Below, piece by piece: positions 1 to 8,530 of a DNA stretch of 24,000 bases. This stretch comes from Comamonadaceae bacterium 25HG05S-68. GTDB taxonomy: Bacteria > Pseudomonadota > Gammaproteobacteria > Burkholderiales > Burkholderiaceae_C. The position numbers and the translations under genes are program-made. Each line of letters begins with the position of its first letter. The first letter of the stretch is position 1. The notes under the pieces were generated by a model. That model was not told the DNA's origin and did no database searches. It was given only the letters and a program-made list of their open reading frames with translations. The stretch lies in the NCBI GenBank assembly GCA_049860745.1, contig CP187561.1; one strand, written 5' to 3'.

Positions 1-1688
1 GCGCCGACGTCTGCAATGCCGTGGAAGAACTCGGCCAATTGCTCGACCACACCGGCCCGATTGCAGCCAGCGAGCGCAACGCCGCGCGCATCTTCAACGC
101 CGACCATTGCTTCTTCGTGACCAACGGCACCAGTACCAGCAACAAGATGGTCTGGCACCACACGGTGGCGCCGGGCGATGTGGTGGTGGTGGACCGCAAT
201 TGCCACAAGTCGAACCTGCACGCCATCATCATGACCGGCGCGATTCCGGTGTTCTTGAAGCCTACGCGCAACCATTTCGGCATCATCGGCCCCATTCCGA
301 AGAGCGAGTTCGAGCCCGAAGCCATCAAGGCGAAAATCCGTGCCAACCCGCTGCTCAAGGGGGTTGATGCTGACAAGGTGAAGCCGCGCATTCTGACGCT
401 GACACAAAGCACCTACGACGGCGTGCTCTACAACACCGAAACCATCAAGAACATGCTTGATGGCTACGTGGAAAACCTGCACTTCGACGAAGCCTGGCTG
501 CCCCACGCCGCGTTCCACCCGTTCTATGGCACCTACCACGCCATGGGCAAGAAGCGCATTCGCCCCAAGCATGCGGTGGTGTACTCCACGCAGTCCATCC
601 ACAAGCTGCTGGCCGGTATCAGCCAGGCCAGCCATGTGTTGATCCAGGACTCGCAAAACGTCAAGCTGGACCGCCACCTGTTCAACGAAGCGTATCTGAT
701 GCACACCAGCACCAGCCCGCAGTACAGCATCATCGCCAGCTGCGATGTGGCCGCCGCCATGATGGAGCCGCCCGGCGGCACCGCGCTGGTGGAAGAAAGC
801 ATTGCCGAGGCGCTGGACTTCCGCCGCGCCATGCGCAAGGTGGACGAAGAGTACGGCGACGACTGGTGGTTCAAGGTCTGGGGACCCGACAAGCTGGTGG
901 AAGAGGGCATTGGCCGCGCCACCGACTGGATCATCAAGGGCGAATCGAAAACCAATGCCAAGGCCAACTGGCACGGCTTTGGCAAGATGGCGGCTGGCTT
1001 CAACATGCTCGATCCGATCAAGTCGACCATCGTCACGCCCGGCATGGACCTGAACGGCAAGTTTGCCAAGACCGGCATCCCGGCCAGCATCGTCACCAAG
1101 TTCCTGGCCGAGCACGGTGTGGTGGTCGAGAAGACCGGCCTCTACAGCTTCTTCATCATGTTCACCATCGGCATCACCAAGGGCCGCTGGAACAGCATGC
1201 TGACGGCGTTGCAGCAGTTCAAGGACGACTACGACAAGAACCAGCCGATGTGGCGCATCCTGCCTGAGTTCTGCCAGCAGAACCCGCGCTACGAGAAGAT
1301 GGGCTTGGCCGACCTGTGCCAGTACGTGCACAACCTGTACGCCAAGTACGACATCGCGCGCCTAACCACCGACATGTACCTGAGCGACCTCACGCCAGCC
1401 ATGAAGCCCAGCGACGCCTACGCGCAAATTGCCATGCGCAAGACCGAGCGTGTGGAGATCGACAACCTGGAAGGCCGCATCACCGTGGGTCTGGTGACGC
1501 CATACCCACCGGGCATTCCGCTGCTGATTCCGGGCGAAGTTTTCAACAAGAAAATTGTCGACTACCTGAAGTTCTCACGCGAGTTCAACCGCCAGTGCCC
1601 GGGCTTTGGAACCGACATCCACGGGCTGGTGGAAGAAGAGGGGCCAGATGGTACGAAGCACTACTTCGCCGACTGCGTAAAACCCTGA
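1..1688 (+). CDS. Orn/Lys/Arg decarboxylase family protein (fold-type I PLP enzyme, large biodegradative type); 5' end truncated by window edge
   Basis: The reading frame (frame 3) is open from the window start, with no stop before the GTG at 21. Family motifs present: LLDHTGPI, FVTNGTSTSNK, VVDRNCHKS, and the PLP-lysine context YSTQSIHKLLAG. Long C-terminal domain. Stop TGA at 1686-1688. Confidence 0.9.
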   Translation, partial: ADVCNAVEELGQLLDHTGPIAASERNAARIFNADHCFFVTNGTSTSNKMVWHHTVAPGDVVVVDRNCHKSNLHAIIMTGAIPVFLKPTRNHFGIIGPIPKSEFEPEAIKAKIRANPLLKGVDADKVKPRILTLTQSTYDGVLYNTETIKNMLDGYVENLHFDEAWLPHAAFHPFYGTYHAMGKKRIRPKHAVVYSTQSIHKLLAGISQASHVLIQDSQNVKLDRHLFNEAYLMHTSTSPQYSIIASCDVAAAMMEPPGGTALVEESIAEALDFRRAMRKVDEEYGDDWWFKVWGPDKLVEEGIGRATDWIIKGESKTNAKANWHGFGKMAAGFNMLDPIKSTIVTPGMDLNGKFAKTGIPASIVTKFLAEHGVVVEKTGLYSFFIMFTIGITKGRWNSMLTALQQFKDDYDKNQPMWRILPEFCQQNPRYEKMGLADLCQYVHNLYAKYDIARLTTDMYLSDLTPAMKPSDAYAQIAMRKTERVEIDNLEGRITVGLVTPYPPGIPLLIPGEVFNKKIVDYLKFSREFNRQCPGFGTDIHGLVEEEGPDGTKHYFADCVKP

Positions 1689-1710
1689 TTAGCTATTGTT
1701 TCGGTAGCTG

Positions 1711-1750
1711 TAGGCGCTTTCTTACAAAGGGAAAGCGCCTATTTGACGTT
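1711..1750 (+). terminator. Candidate rho-independent terminator downstream of the decarboxylase gene
   Basis: Perfect 11-bp inverted repeat, 1711-1721 TAGGCGCTTTC pairing with 1731-1741 GAAAGCGCCTA, with a 9-nt loop. It is followed by TTTGACGTTT (a weak T-tract) and starts 23 nt after the stop codon. A second 7-bp hairpin (1753-1759 / 1776-1782) follows. Confidence 0.5.
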
Positions 1751-2044
1751 TGCGCTTGCTTGCAAGTAAAGTAGGGCAAGCGTTGTGGAAACGAGTTGTA
1801 AAAATACTTCTATCAAACAATCAGTCTCGTTACGGGTTTGGTGCAGTTGCTCTCGGTGAGCCAGGCATCCATCTCACCTGCTCAGGTTTCTTCTTCAACG
1901 CCCACTGGTGTGCTGTTTCGGTCCGTTGTTTGGCATTTTCCAAACTGCGAGTCCAAGCCGCTTCACCAGCACGTGGTTCGGGCGGTCGGTGATGCAAATT
2001 CAGCAAAGCGCCCCTGTGCTGCGTGTTCCATGTAAGGAGACGAC

Positions 2045-5000
2045 ATGACGGGTTCGAGCGTGGATCGGCGAGGTCGTTGGCGCATGTTGGTGCCTCTCCT
2101 CACGCTGCTGGCGGGTGGATTGATCGTGCTGGCCATGGGTTACCTGCAGCGTACACAAAGCGCAACTTATGACGCCAGCGTGGTCAAGGTGCGCGACTTC
2201 CGCGTGGCGCGACTCGACTTCAGTTTGTCCATGCTCCGGTTGGGATGGCTGGATGCACCTCAGGACAATGGGCGTGTGGTCGATGAAATCGCGATTCTGC
2301 GCAAGTCGCTGGATCGCGTTACTGCAAGCCTCAAGGCGTTTGGTGGTGACCCTGATGGCATGGCAGTTGCAGTCTCGACCTACGGCAATGAATTTCTGCA
2401 GCAGTTGCCACAGGCGGAGATGAACATTGCTAACCTCAACGCCGAGCAGTTAGAGCAGTCGTACTTGGTGTTGGAAGCGGCGATGAACCGTTTCGACAGT
2501 TACCAAGCCAAAGAGGTTCGCAGTCTGATGGCCGATCAGCGTCAGCAGTTCGACTTCGCCGTTGGGGCCGCGCTGGTGTTGTTGGCGGTCATGGGCTTCT
2601 TTGTTTACCGCGATCAACGGCGTCTGACCTCTGCCGAAACCAGCGTGCGTGAAAACGCCAACCAGCTCAAGCAGATGATCGAGATCTTGCCGCAGTTGGT
2701 GTGGAGCAGTGATGCCACCGGCGCCTGTGACTTCCTCAGCACGCGCTGGACCGCATTTTCCGGTGTGCCGGCCGAGCGCTTGATGGGCGATGGCTGGCTG
2801 CAACTGGTGCACCCGGACGAACGCGAACAGATGCGCGAGCGCTGGTCCCGCCAGGTGCTCGCGGGCGATGATTTCATCACCGAATACCGCATGCGTCGGC
2901 ACGATGGTGTTTACCGCTGGTTCGACGTGCGTGCCGGCATGGTGTACGACGCGCAAGGCCGCGTGCACAAGTGGTTCGGCACCTGCACGGACGTCACCGA
3001 GCGCAAGGAACTGGAGGTTGGACTGACCGAACATCGCGATCAGCTCGAAGCCCAGGTGGAACAGCGAACGGCCGCGCTGGTGTCGGCACTCGAAGAACGT
3101 AGCCAGGCGCAGCACCAGGCCGAGGCGTTGATCGTTCAGCTCAAGGCGGCTGAAGACTTCATGCGGCTCATCGCCGACAGCATTCCCGGGCGCATTGCTT
3201 ATTGGGGCCAGGACATGCGCTGCCGCTTTGTGAACCGCGGCTATGGCAAATGGTTTGGACTGGAAGAGACCGACATTCTGGGCAAGAGTGTCATGGAACT
3301 GCAGGGCGCAGAATATTTTGAACGCATGAAGCATCGTGTGCTTGGCGCACTGGCTGGCGAGGTGCAGGACTTTGAACGCGAAGAGTTCAGCCAACAGGGC
3401 GAACGCGCGGTGACCCGCGTCCAGTACCTGCCCGATTGGCGTGATGGCAAGGTCGAAGGTTTCATCGTGCTGGCCACCAACATCACCAGCCATAAGCGTG
3501 CTGAGGAGCAATTGCAGTTGAGCAATGCCCAACTGGCCGAGGCGCGTGACCGGGCCGATTCGGCCAACCGCGCCAAGAGCAATTTCCTGGCAAACATGAG
3601 CCACGAAATCCGCACGCCGATGAACGCCATTCTGGGCTTGACCCACATGCTGCGCCGTGATGTGGACGACCCGACCAGCCAGGCGCGTCTCACCAAACTC
3701 TCCAGCGTGGCCCACCACCTGTTGCAGATCATCAACGACATCCTGGACCTGTCGAAGATCGAGTCCGGCAAGCTCACGCTGGAGAAGGTCGATTTCTCCC
3801 TCGACGCCTTGCTCACACGCACCTGCACCATGGTGCTTGATGTGGCACGCGAGAAAGGCTTGGAAGTGGTGCTCGACACCGGCCAACTGCCCGACCGCCT
3901 CAACGGCGACCCCACGCGCCTGATGCAGGCCTTGCTCAATCTGCTGAGCAATGCGGTGAAGTTCACCGAGCGTGGTTCTGTGCTGTTGCGTGGAGAGCTG
4001 TTGTCGCGTGATGCCGAGGGTCTGATGATCCGCTTTGAAGTGCGCGACACCGGTATCGGTATCGACCCGGAGGTATTGCCCCGGCTGTTCAGTCCGTTCT
4101 CGCAAGCCGATGGTTCGAGCACCCGGCGCTACGGCGGTACCGGCCTGGGCTTGACCATCACGCGCCACATTGCGGAGCTGATGGGTGGAGCGGCTGGCGG
4201 CGAGAGCCTGCCCAGCCGTGGCAGCCGCTTCTGGATCACTGTGTGCCTGCAGCCGGCCGACCGCAACGACCCTATCGGCGTGCCGGTACTGGAAGGCCTG
4301 CGCAGCCTGGTGGTCGACGATCTGCCGGAGGCCCGGGTTGCCTTGGTGGAAATGTTGCGTGCCTTGGGCATGCGTGCCGATGCGGCGGAAGACGGCGAAA
4401 CGGCCGTCAGCTTGGTGGCCGATGCGTTGGCGCAGGACGACCCCTATGCCGTGGTGCTGATGGACTGGGCGATGCCCGGCATGGACGGCATAGAGGCTGC
4501 GCAACGGATCCGCACGACGGCCCATCCGGTGCCGGCAATGGTGCTGGTGTCGGCGCGCGACAAAGAGGAACTGCAGCACCTGGCCGACGATGCCGGTTTT
4601 GGTGCCTTCATGCTCAAGCCGGTGACGCCATCTTTGTTGCTCGACTGCTTGATGCATTTGTTGAAGAAAGCCGGCCACACACCGCCACTACTGCGCAGCG
4701 TGGAGTCCATGGAGGCGGCCCTGCGCGAAAAGCACCGCGGTGCCCATGTGCTGTTGGCCGAAGACAACCCGGTGAACCAGGAGGTGGCCACCGAACTGCT
4801 GCAGGCGGCCGGCCTGGTGGTCGATATTGCCGACGATGGCGAACAGGCCGTGCGCATGGTGCGTCGCGGCTCTTATGACCTGGTGTTGATGGATGTGCAA
4901 ATGCCGCGCATGGATGGCCTTCAAGCCACCGAGTTGCTGCGCCAAGACCCCAAGCTGGCGGACTTGCCGATCATTGCCATGACGGCCAACGCCTTCAGCG

Positions 5001-5530
5001 AAGACCGGCAGGCTTGCCTGGATGCAGGGATGAACGACCACCTGGCCAAGCCGGTGGATCCACGCATCCTGCACGATGCACTGTTGCGTTGGCTGCCGGT
5101 GCGCGCACGCATTGCGGCCCCGTTGCCATCGGGCATCGTGGTGCCTGCAGCGCCTGTGCCGCTGACGGCGGCCGAAGTGCTGGCTACCATCGAGGGACTG
5201 GATCTGACCGTGACGTACGAGCAGTGTGCAGGCAAACCAGAACTCGCGGTGCGTGTACTGAAGCAATTTTTGGCGCACTACCGCAACGCCGGCGCAGCGC
5301 TGATGGACCATTTGCAGACCGGCGAACTGGAGGACCCGCGCCGCAAACTGCATTCACTGCGCGGGGCATCTGGGGCGGTAGGTGCGGTGTCGATCTTCGA
5401 GGCGGTGGAAACGCTGCAAGCGGCCATTAAAGCCGACGAACCTCTCGAGGTGTTGTTGTCGCTTGGAGAAGTGCTGCGTGAAAGGCTCGATCGCTTGATC
5501 AACTCGTTGTCGAATGCACTGAGCGCGTGA
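2045..5530 (+). CDS. Hybrid sensor histidine kinase: TM, periplasmic helical domain, TM, 2x PAS, HisKA, HATPase_c, REC, REC, HPt
   Basis: 1161-aa ORF with RBS AAGGAG 5 nt upstream of the ATG at 2045. Hydrophobic segments at about residues 14-32 and 172-188 flank a roughly 140-aa periplasmic region. PAS-like regions: LPQLVWSSDATG...YRWFDVR and IPGRIAYWGQD...FIVLATNIT. H-box NMSHEIRTPMN (His520 = 3602-3604). G-boxes DTGIGI and GGTGLGLTI. Two receiver domains (VVLMDWAMPGMDG..LKP and LVLMDVQMPRMDG..AKP). HPt motif KLHSLRGASGAVG. Confidence 0.93.
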   Translation: MTGSSVDRRGRWRMLVPLLTLLAGGLIVLAMGYLQRTQSATYDASVVKVRDFRVARLDFSLSMLRLGWLDAPQDNGRVVDEIAILRKSLDRVTASLKAFGGDPDGMAVAVSTYGNEFLQQLPQAEMNIANLNAEQLEQSYLVLEAAMNRFDSYQAKEVRSLMADQRQQFDFAVGAALVLLAVMGFFVYRDQRRLTSAETSVRENANQLKQMIEILPQLVWSSDATGACDFLSTRWTAFSGVPAERLMGDGWLQLVHPDEREQMRERWSRQVLAGDDFITEYRMRRHDGVYRWFDVRAGMVYDAQGRVHKWFGTCTDVTERKELEVGLTEHRDQLEAQVEQRTAALVSALEERSQAQHQAEALIVQLKAAEDFMRLIADSIPGRIAYWGQDMRCRFVNRGYGKWFGLEETDILGKSVMELQGAEYFERMKHRVLGALAGEVQDFEREEFSQQGERAVTRVQYLPDWRDGKVEGFIVLATNITSHKRAEEQLQLSNAQLAEARDRADSANRAKSNFLANMSHEIRTPMNAILGLTHMLRRDVDDPTSQARLTKLSSVAHHLLQIINDILDLSKIESGKLTLEKVDFSLDALLTRTCTMVLDVAREKGLEVVLDTGQLPDRLNGDPTRLMQALLNLLSNAVKFTERGSVLLRGELLSRDAEGLMIRFEVRDTGIGIDPEVLPRLFSPFSQADGSSTRRYGGTGLGLTITRHIAELMGGAAGGESLPSRGSRFWITVCLQPADRNDPIGVPVLEGLRSLVVDDLPEARVALVEMLRALGMRADAAEDGETAVSLVADALAQDDPYAVVLMDWAMPGMDGIEAAQRIRTTAHPVPAMVLVSARDKEELQHLADDAGFGAFMLKPVTPSLLLDCLMHLLKKAGHTPPLLRSVESMEAALREKHRGAHVLLAEDNPVNQEVATELLQAAGLVVDIADDGEQAVRMVRRGSYDLVLMDVQMPRMDGLQATELLRQDPKLADLPIIAMTANAFSEDRQACLDAGMNDHLAKPVDPRILHDALLRWLPVRARIAAPLPSGIVVPAAPVPLTAAEVLATIEGLDLTVTYEQCAGKPELAVRVLKQFLAHYRNAGAALMDHLQTGELEDPRRKLHSLRGASGAVGAVSIFEAVETLQAAIKADEPLEVLLSLGEVLRERLDRLINSLSNALSA

Positions 5531-5605
5531 TCAAGAGATGAAAACCAAAGGTGCAGTGATGCCCTTGTTGCCGATGGCAGGGTCAACCAGCTCGGCTTGA
5601 TCGGT

Positions 5606-7477
5606 TCAGGCGTTGCGCGCTAACGCTTGTTCAAACTGCTCAGGCGGCAATGGCTTGCTGAACAAATAGCCCTGGCCGTAGTCACAGCCCATGGCGGTCA
5701 ACAAGTCGCGTTGTTGCTCGGTTTCAATGCCTTCCGCCACGACCTTCAAGCCCAGCTTGTGCGCCATCACGACCATGGCTTCGGACAGCGCCAAATCGCT
5801 CGAATCGGGGGCCAGATTGCTGACAAACGACCGGTCGATCTTCAGGATGTCCAACGAGAAACGCTTCAGGTACGACAGCGATGAATAGCCTGTGCCGAAA
5901 TCGTCGATTGCCACCTGGATGCCGGCGTCGCGGTAGCTGCGCAGGCAGTCGTCTATGGCTGGCGTGGAGTTCAGCAGCAGGCCTTCGGTGATCTCCAGCG
6001 CAATCGCCTCGCCAGGCAAGCCCAGCTTGCACAAGTGCGCGATCCAGCCTGCAGCGTGGTTGTGGGTGCGGCTGAACTGCGCTGGCGATTTGTTGACGCT
6101 GACTTGCAACGTCGGCGCCAATTCGGCGCGCCACTTGTGGGTCCAGGTAGCGGCTTCCCGGAACACCCAATCGCCGATATCCTGGATGAGGTGTAGCTCT
6201 TCTGCCAATGGGATGAACTCTGCGGGGCTCACGATGCCGCGCTTGGGGTGGTTCCAGCGCACCAGGGCTTCGGCCTTGACGATGCGGCCCGTCGCCAATG
6301 ACACCAGCGGTTGGAACTGCAGGCAGAACTGGTTCTCGGCCACGGCCGCACGCAACTCTTTCGCCATCAGGGCACGCTGTTGAGCAGCGCGTTGCAACGC
6401 CGGCGTGAAGAAGTCGAACTGGTTACCGCCCCGGTGGCAAGCCGAATACATGGCCTGCTGCGCGTTTTGCAGCATCCCATCGCTGGTGCCGACATCACCA
6501 GGGTAGACGGTGATGCCGATGCTGCCCGACATGGCCAGCATGGCTGTGTCGATTTCGTAGGGTTGTGCCAGACGCTGCAAGATGTTCTGGGCGACTTGGC
6601 CAGCGCGTTCTGCGCCGTCATGGCCGGTCAGCAATGCAACAAAGCAATCGTCTGCGATGCGTGCAACCGTGTCGGTCGAACGTACGCTGCGCACCAGGCG
6701 CTGGGCCGCTTCACGCACCAGGCGCTCGATCAGGCCTTGGGCATAAGCTTCTTTCAAGCCGTCGAAGTTGTCCAGATGCACGGCCAGCACTGCCACCGTG
6801 CACTCACCGGCATCAGCCTTTTTGCATTCTTGCGTCAGGCGGTCGCACAACATGTTGCGGTTCGGCAATTGGGTTTGGCTGTCAAAATTGGCCTGACGCC
6901 AGATCAAGGCCTCAGATGCCTTGCGTGTGGATTGGTCGGTAAACAAACTCACGTGGCGCTGTACTGTGCCAGCGGCATCCCGTACCGTGAGGATGCTGAA
7001 CCAGCCAGGGAACGACTCGCCTGACTTGCGCCGACTCCACACTTCACCCTGCCAGTGGCCATCCGTCTCCAAATGGCGGCGCAGCTCGCGGTAAAACGAA
7101 GGGCTATGGTGTGGTGAATGCAGCAGGCTCGGCTCAACGCCAATCACATCGTGGGCGCTATAGCCGGTGATATGGGTGAAGGCCGGGTTGATCGAGACAA
7201 TGCGGTTCTGGGCATCGGTGATCATCATGGCCTCGGTGCTGTGGGCGTAGACCAATTCGGCCTGTTTGCGATCAACATCGGCCTGGTCTTGGACGGTCAT
7301 CACCGAATCAACCGTGCCGAAAACCGAATCTTGCTGCGAAGGCTGCTGTGTCACGCGGTCCAGCCAGGTGGAAGCCATGAAGTCTGTACCGCTGCGCGCC
7401 ACGCTACCCAAAGCACGTTGCCCGGGCAAGCCAAAGCGAAGGAGTTCCTGGGCGTTTGGGTTGGATTTGATCGGCAT
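5606..7477 (-). CDS. PAS - GGDEF(degenerate) - EAL protein; predicted c-di-GMP phosphodiesterase
   Basis: 623-aa ORF. PAS region: MMITDAQNRIVSINPAFTHITGY...GEVWSRRKSG. The GGDEF-domain active-site position reads ADDCF (6641-6655), preceded by RSTD (6671-6682) at the canonical I-site spacing. The EAL domain has a complete catalytic set: EALVRW (EAL = 6263-6271), VSVNKSP, LEITEG, IDDFGTGYSSLSYL, KIDRSF, AEGIETEQQ, GQGYLFSKP. Confidence 0.92.
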   Translation of the reverse strand: MPIKSNPNAQELLRFGLPGQRALGSVARSGTDFMASTWLDRVTQQPSQQDSVFGTVDSVMTVQDQADVDRKQAELVYAHSTEAMMITDAQNRIVSINPAFTHITGYSAHDVIGVEPSLLHSPHHSPSFYRELRRHLETDGHWQGEVWSRRKSGESFPGWFSILTVRDAAGTVQRHVSLFTDQSTRKASEALIWRQANFDSQTQLPNRNMLCDRLTQECKKADAGECTVAVLAVHLDNFDGLKEAYAQGLIERLVREAAQRLVRSVRSTDTVARIADDCFVALLTGHDGAERAGQVAQNILQRLAQPYEIDTAMLAMSGSIGITVYPGDVGTSDGMLQNAQQAMYSACHRGGNQFDFFTPALQRAAQQRALMAKELRAAVAENQFCLQFQPLVSLATGRIVKAEALVRWNHPKRGIVSPAEFIPLAEELHLIQDIGDWVFREAATWTHKWRAELAPTLQVSVNKSPAQFSRTHNHAAGWIAHLCKLGLPGEAIALEITEGLLLNSTPAIDDCLRSYRDAGIQVAIDDFGTGYSSLSYLKRFSLDILKIDRSFVSNLAPDSSDLALSEAMVVMAHKLGLKVVAEGIETEQQRDLLTAMGCDYGQGYLFSKPLPPEQFEQALARNA

Positions 7478-7661
7478 GGCTGGCTCCTATCGTTCGGTAG
7501 AAGTATTGGAGCACCGGCCCTTTGTTCAAATGTGATCGAAGTGTGTCGCCATGCCGGGCTCAAAGACCATCTCGGAACACGAGGTTTGCAGCGATGACGC
7601 ATCCTCGCTGATGACACGCTCACCGGCTAACCTCGTCAGAAAACTATATGCATAGATCTGA

Positions 7662-7708
7662 ATTTTTCAATACATTTTTGATACACGGCTGAAACACGAC
7701 ACTAGAAT
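7662..7708 (+). promoter_or_regulatory. Candidate promoter/operator in the AT-rich divergent intergenic region, upstream of the response regulator gene
   Basis: Abutting tandem direct repeat ATTTTTCAATAC (7662-7673) and ATTTTTGATAC (7674-7684). -35-like TTGATA (7678-7683) and -10-like TAGAAT (7703-7708) are separated by a long 19-nt spacer. This is the locally most AT-rich stretch of an otherwise GC-rich window. GGAGA RBS lies before the ATG at 7759. Confidence 0.3.
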
Positions 7709-7758
7709 GGACTGGAGACCTAGCCTGTCCGCAAACATCTCTTCAACCAGGAGACGAT

Positions 7759-8445
7759 ATGCATATCGGCGTACTCGAAGACGACCCCTCCCAGTGCGAA
7801 CTGCTGCTGGCGCTGTTGGAAGACGGTCAACACACTGCACGTGGCTTCGGTTTGGCTGAAACCTTCCGCGAAGGTATCAAACGTGAAACCTTTGACCTGC
7901 TCTTGGTCGACTGGAACTTGCCTGACGGCACCGGCGGCGAAGTGATCGAGTGGGTCCGTGGCAACGTCGGCTGGCACCTGCCGGTGGTGGTGGTTACCGC
8001 TGAGGAAGAAGAGCAGACCGTGGTCGCCGCGCTCAAAGCTGGCGCTGACGACTACATCGTCAAGCCTCCCAAACCGTTGGAACTGTTGGCACGCGTGAAC
8101 TCGGCCTTGCGTCGCGCGCGCCCCAGTGCGCTGGAGATTTTGCGCGTGGGCGACTACGAGATCGACATTCAGCGCGAACGCTTGAGCGTGGGGGGGGTCC
8201 CCGTGACCATGACCCAAAAAGAATTCGATCTGGCGGTGCTGCTGTTCCAAAGCATGGGCAAAATTTTGTCACGCGACCACTTGCTGGACAAAGTCTGGGG
8301 GCGTTCTGCCGATGTCGATACCCGCACCGTAGACACCCATGTCAGCCGACTGCGGCGCAAGCTGTCACTCGATGGCAGCCGTGGCTGGAAACTGGCGCCG
8401 GTGTATGGTTTTGGTTATCGGTTTGACCGGGTCAATGTGACTTGA
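7759..8445 (+). CDS. OmpR/PhoB-family response regulator (REC + winged-helix DNA-binding domain)
   Basis: 228-aa ORF. Receiver motifs: VLEDD, LLLVDWNLPDGTG, VVVVTA, IVKPP. C-terminal wHTH: MTQKEFDLAVLL, RTVDTHVSRLRRKL, YGFGYRF. Confidence 0.93.
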   Translation: MHIGVLEDDPSQCELLLALLEDGQHTARGFGLAETFREGIKRETFDLLLVDWNLPDGTGGEVIEWVRGNVGWHLPVVVVTAEEEEQTVVAALKAGADDYIVKPPKPLELLARVNSALRRARPSALEILRVGDYEIDIQRERLSVGGVPVTMTQKEFDLAVLLFQSMGKILSRDHLLDKVWGRSADVDTRTVDTHVSRLRRKLSLDGSRGWKLAPVYGFGYRFDRVNVT

Positions 8446-8530
8446 TCCCGATTGGGGGAGGGGCTGCAATCTCTGGCTCTCTAACGTTCGGGCGCCCTCC
8501 AAAACACACTCAAGCCATTCGGCCACTTCT

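Noticed and set aside
1784-1835. AT-rich patch (GTTGTAAAAATACTTCTATCAAACAATCAG) in the 356-nt leader upstream of the kinase gene, considered as a sigma70 promoter
   Set aside because: No hexamer pair with acceptable spacing and match emerged (TTGTAA-N17-AATCAG, TTGTGG-N19-TTCTAT). I left it unannotated. A promoter probably lies somewhere in 1750-2030, but I cannot place it.
2450-4678. 742-aa ORF antisense to the sensor kinase gene
   Set aside because: It lies entirely within, and opposite to, a gene with unambiguous domain motifs. Its translation is Arg/His/Gly/Ala/Gln-rich, low-complexity and without recognisable motifs. Long stop-free antisense frames are expected in GC-rich DNA.
5531-5605. 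Expected bidirectional terminator between the convergent kinase and PDE genes
   Set aside because: I could find only 4-5-bp complementary segments (for example TGCC-GAT-GGCA) and no T/A-tract flanks. This is not convincing enough to annotate.
8446-8530. GGAGGG ... CCCTCC complementarity between the convergent regulator and tip-adhesin genes
   Set aside because: The stem is 6 bp with a roughly 32-nt loop and no U-tract on either strand. That is too weak to call a terminator.
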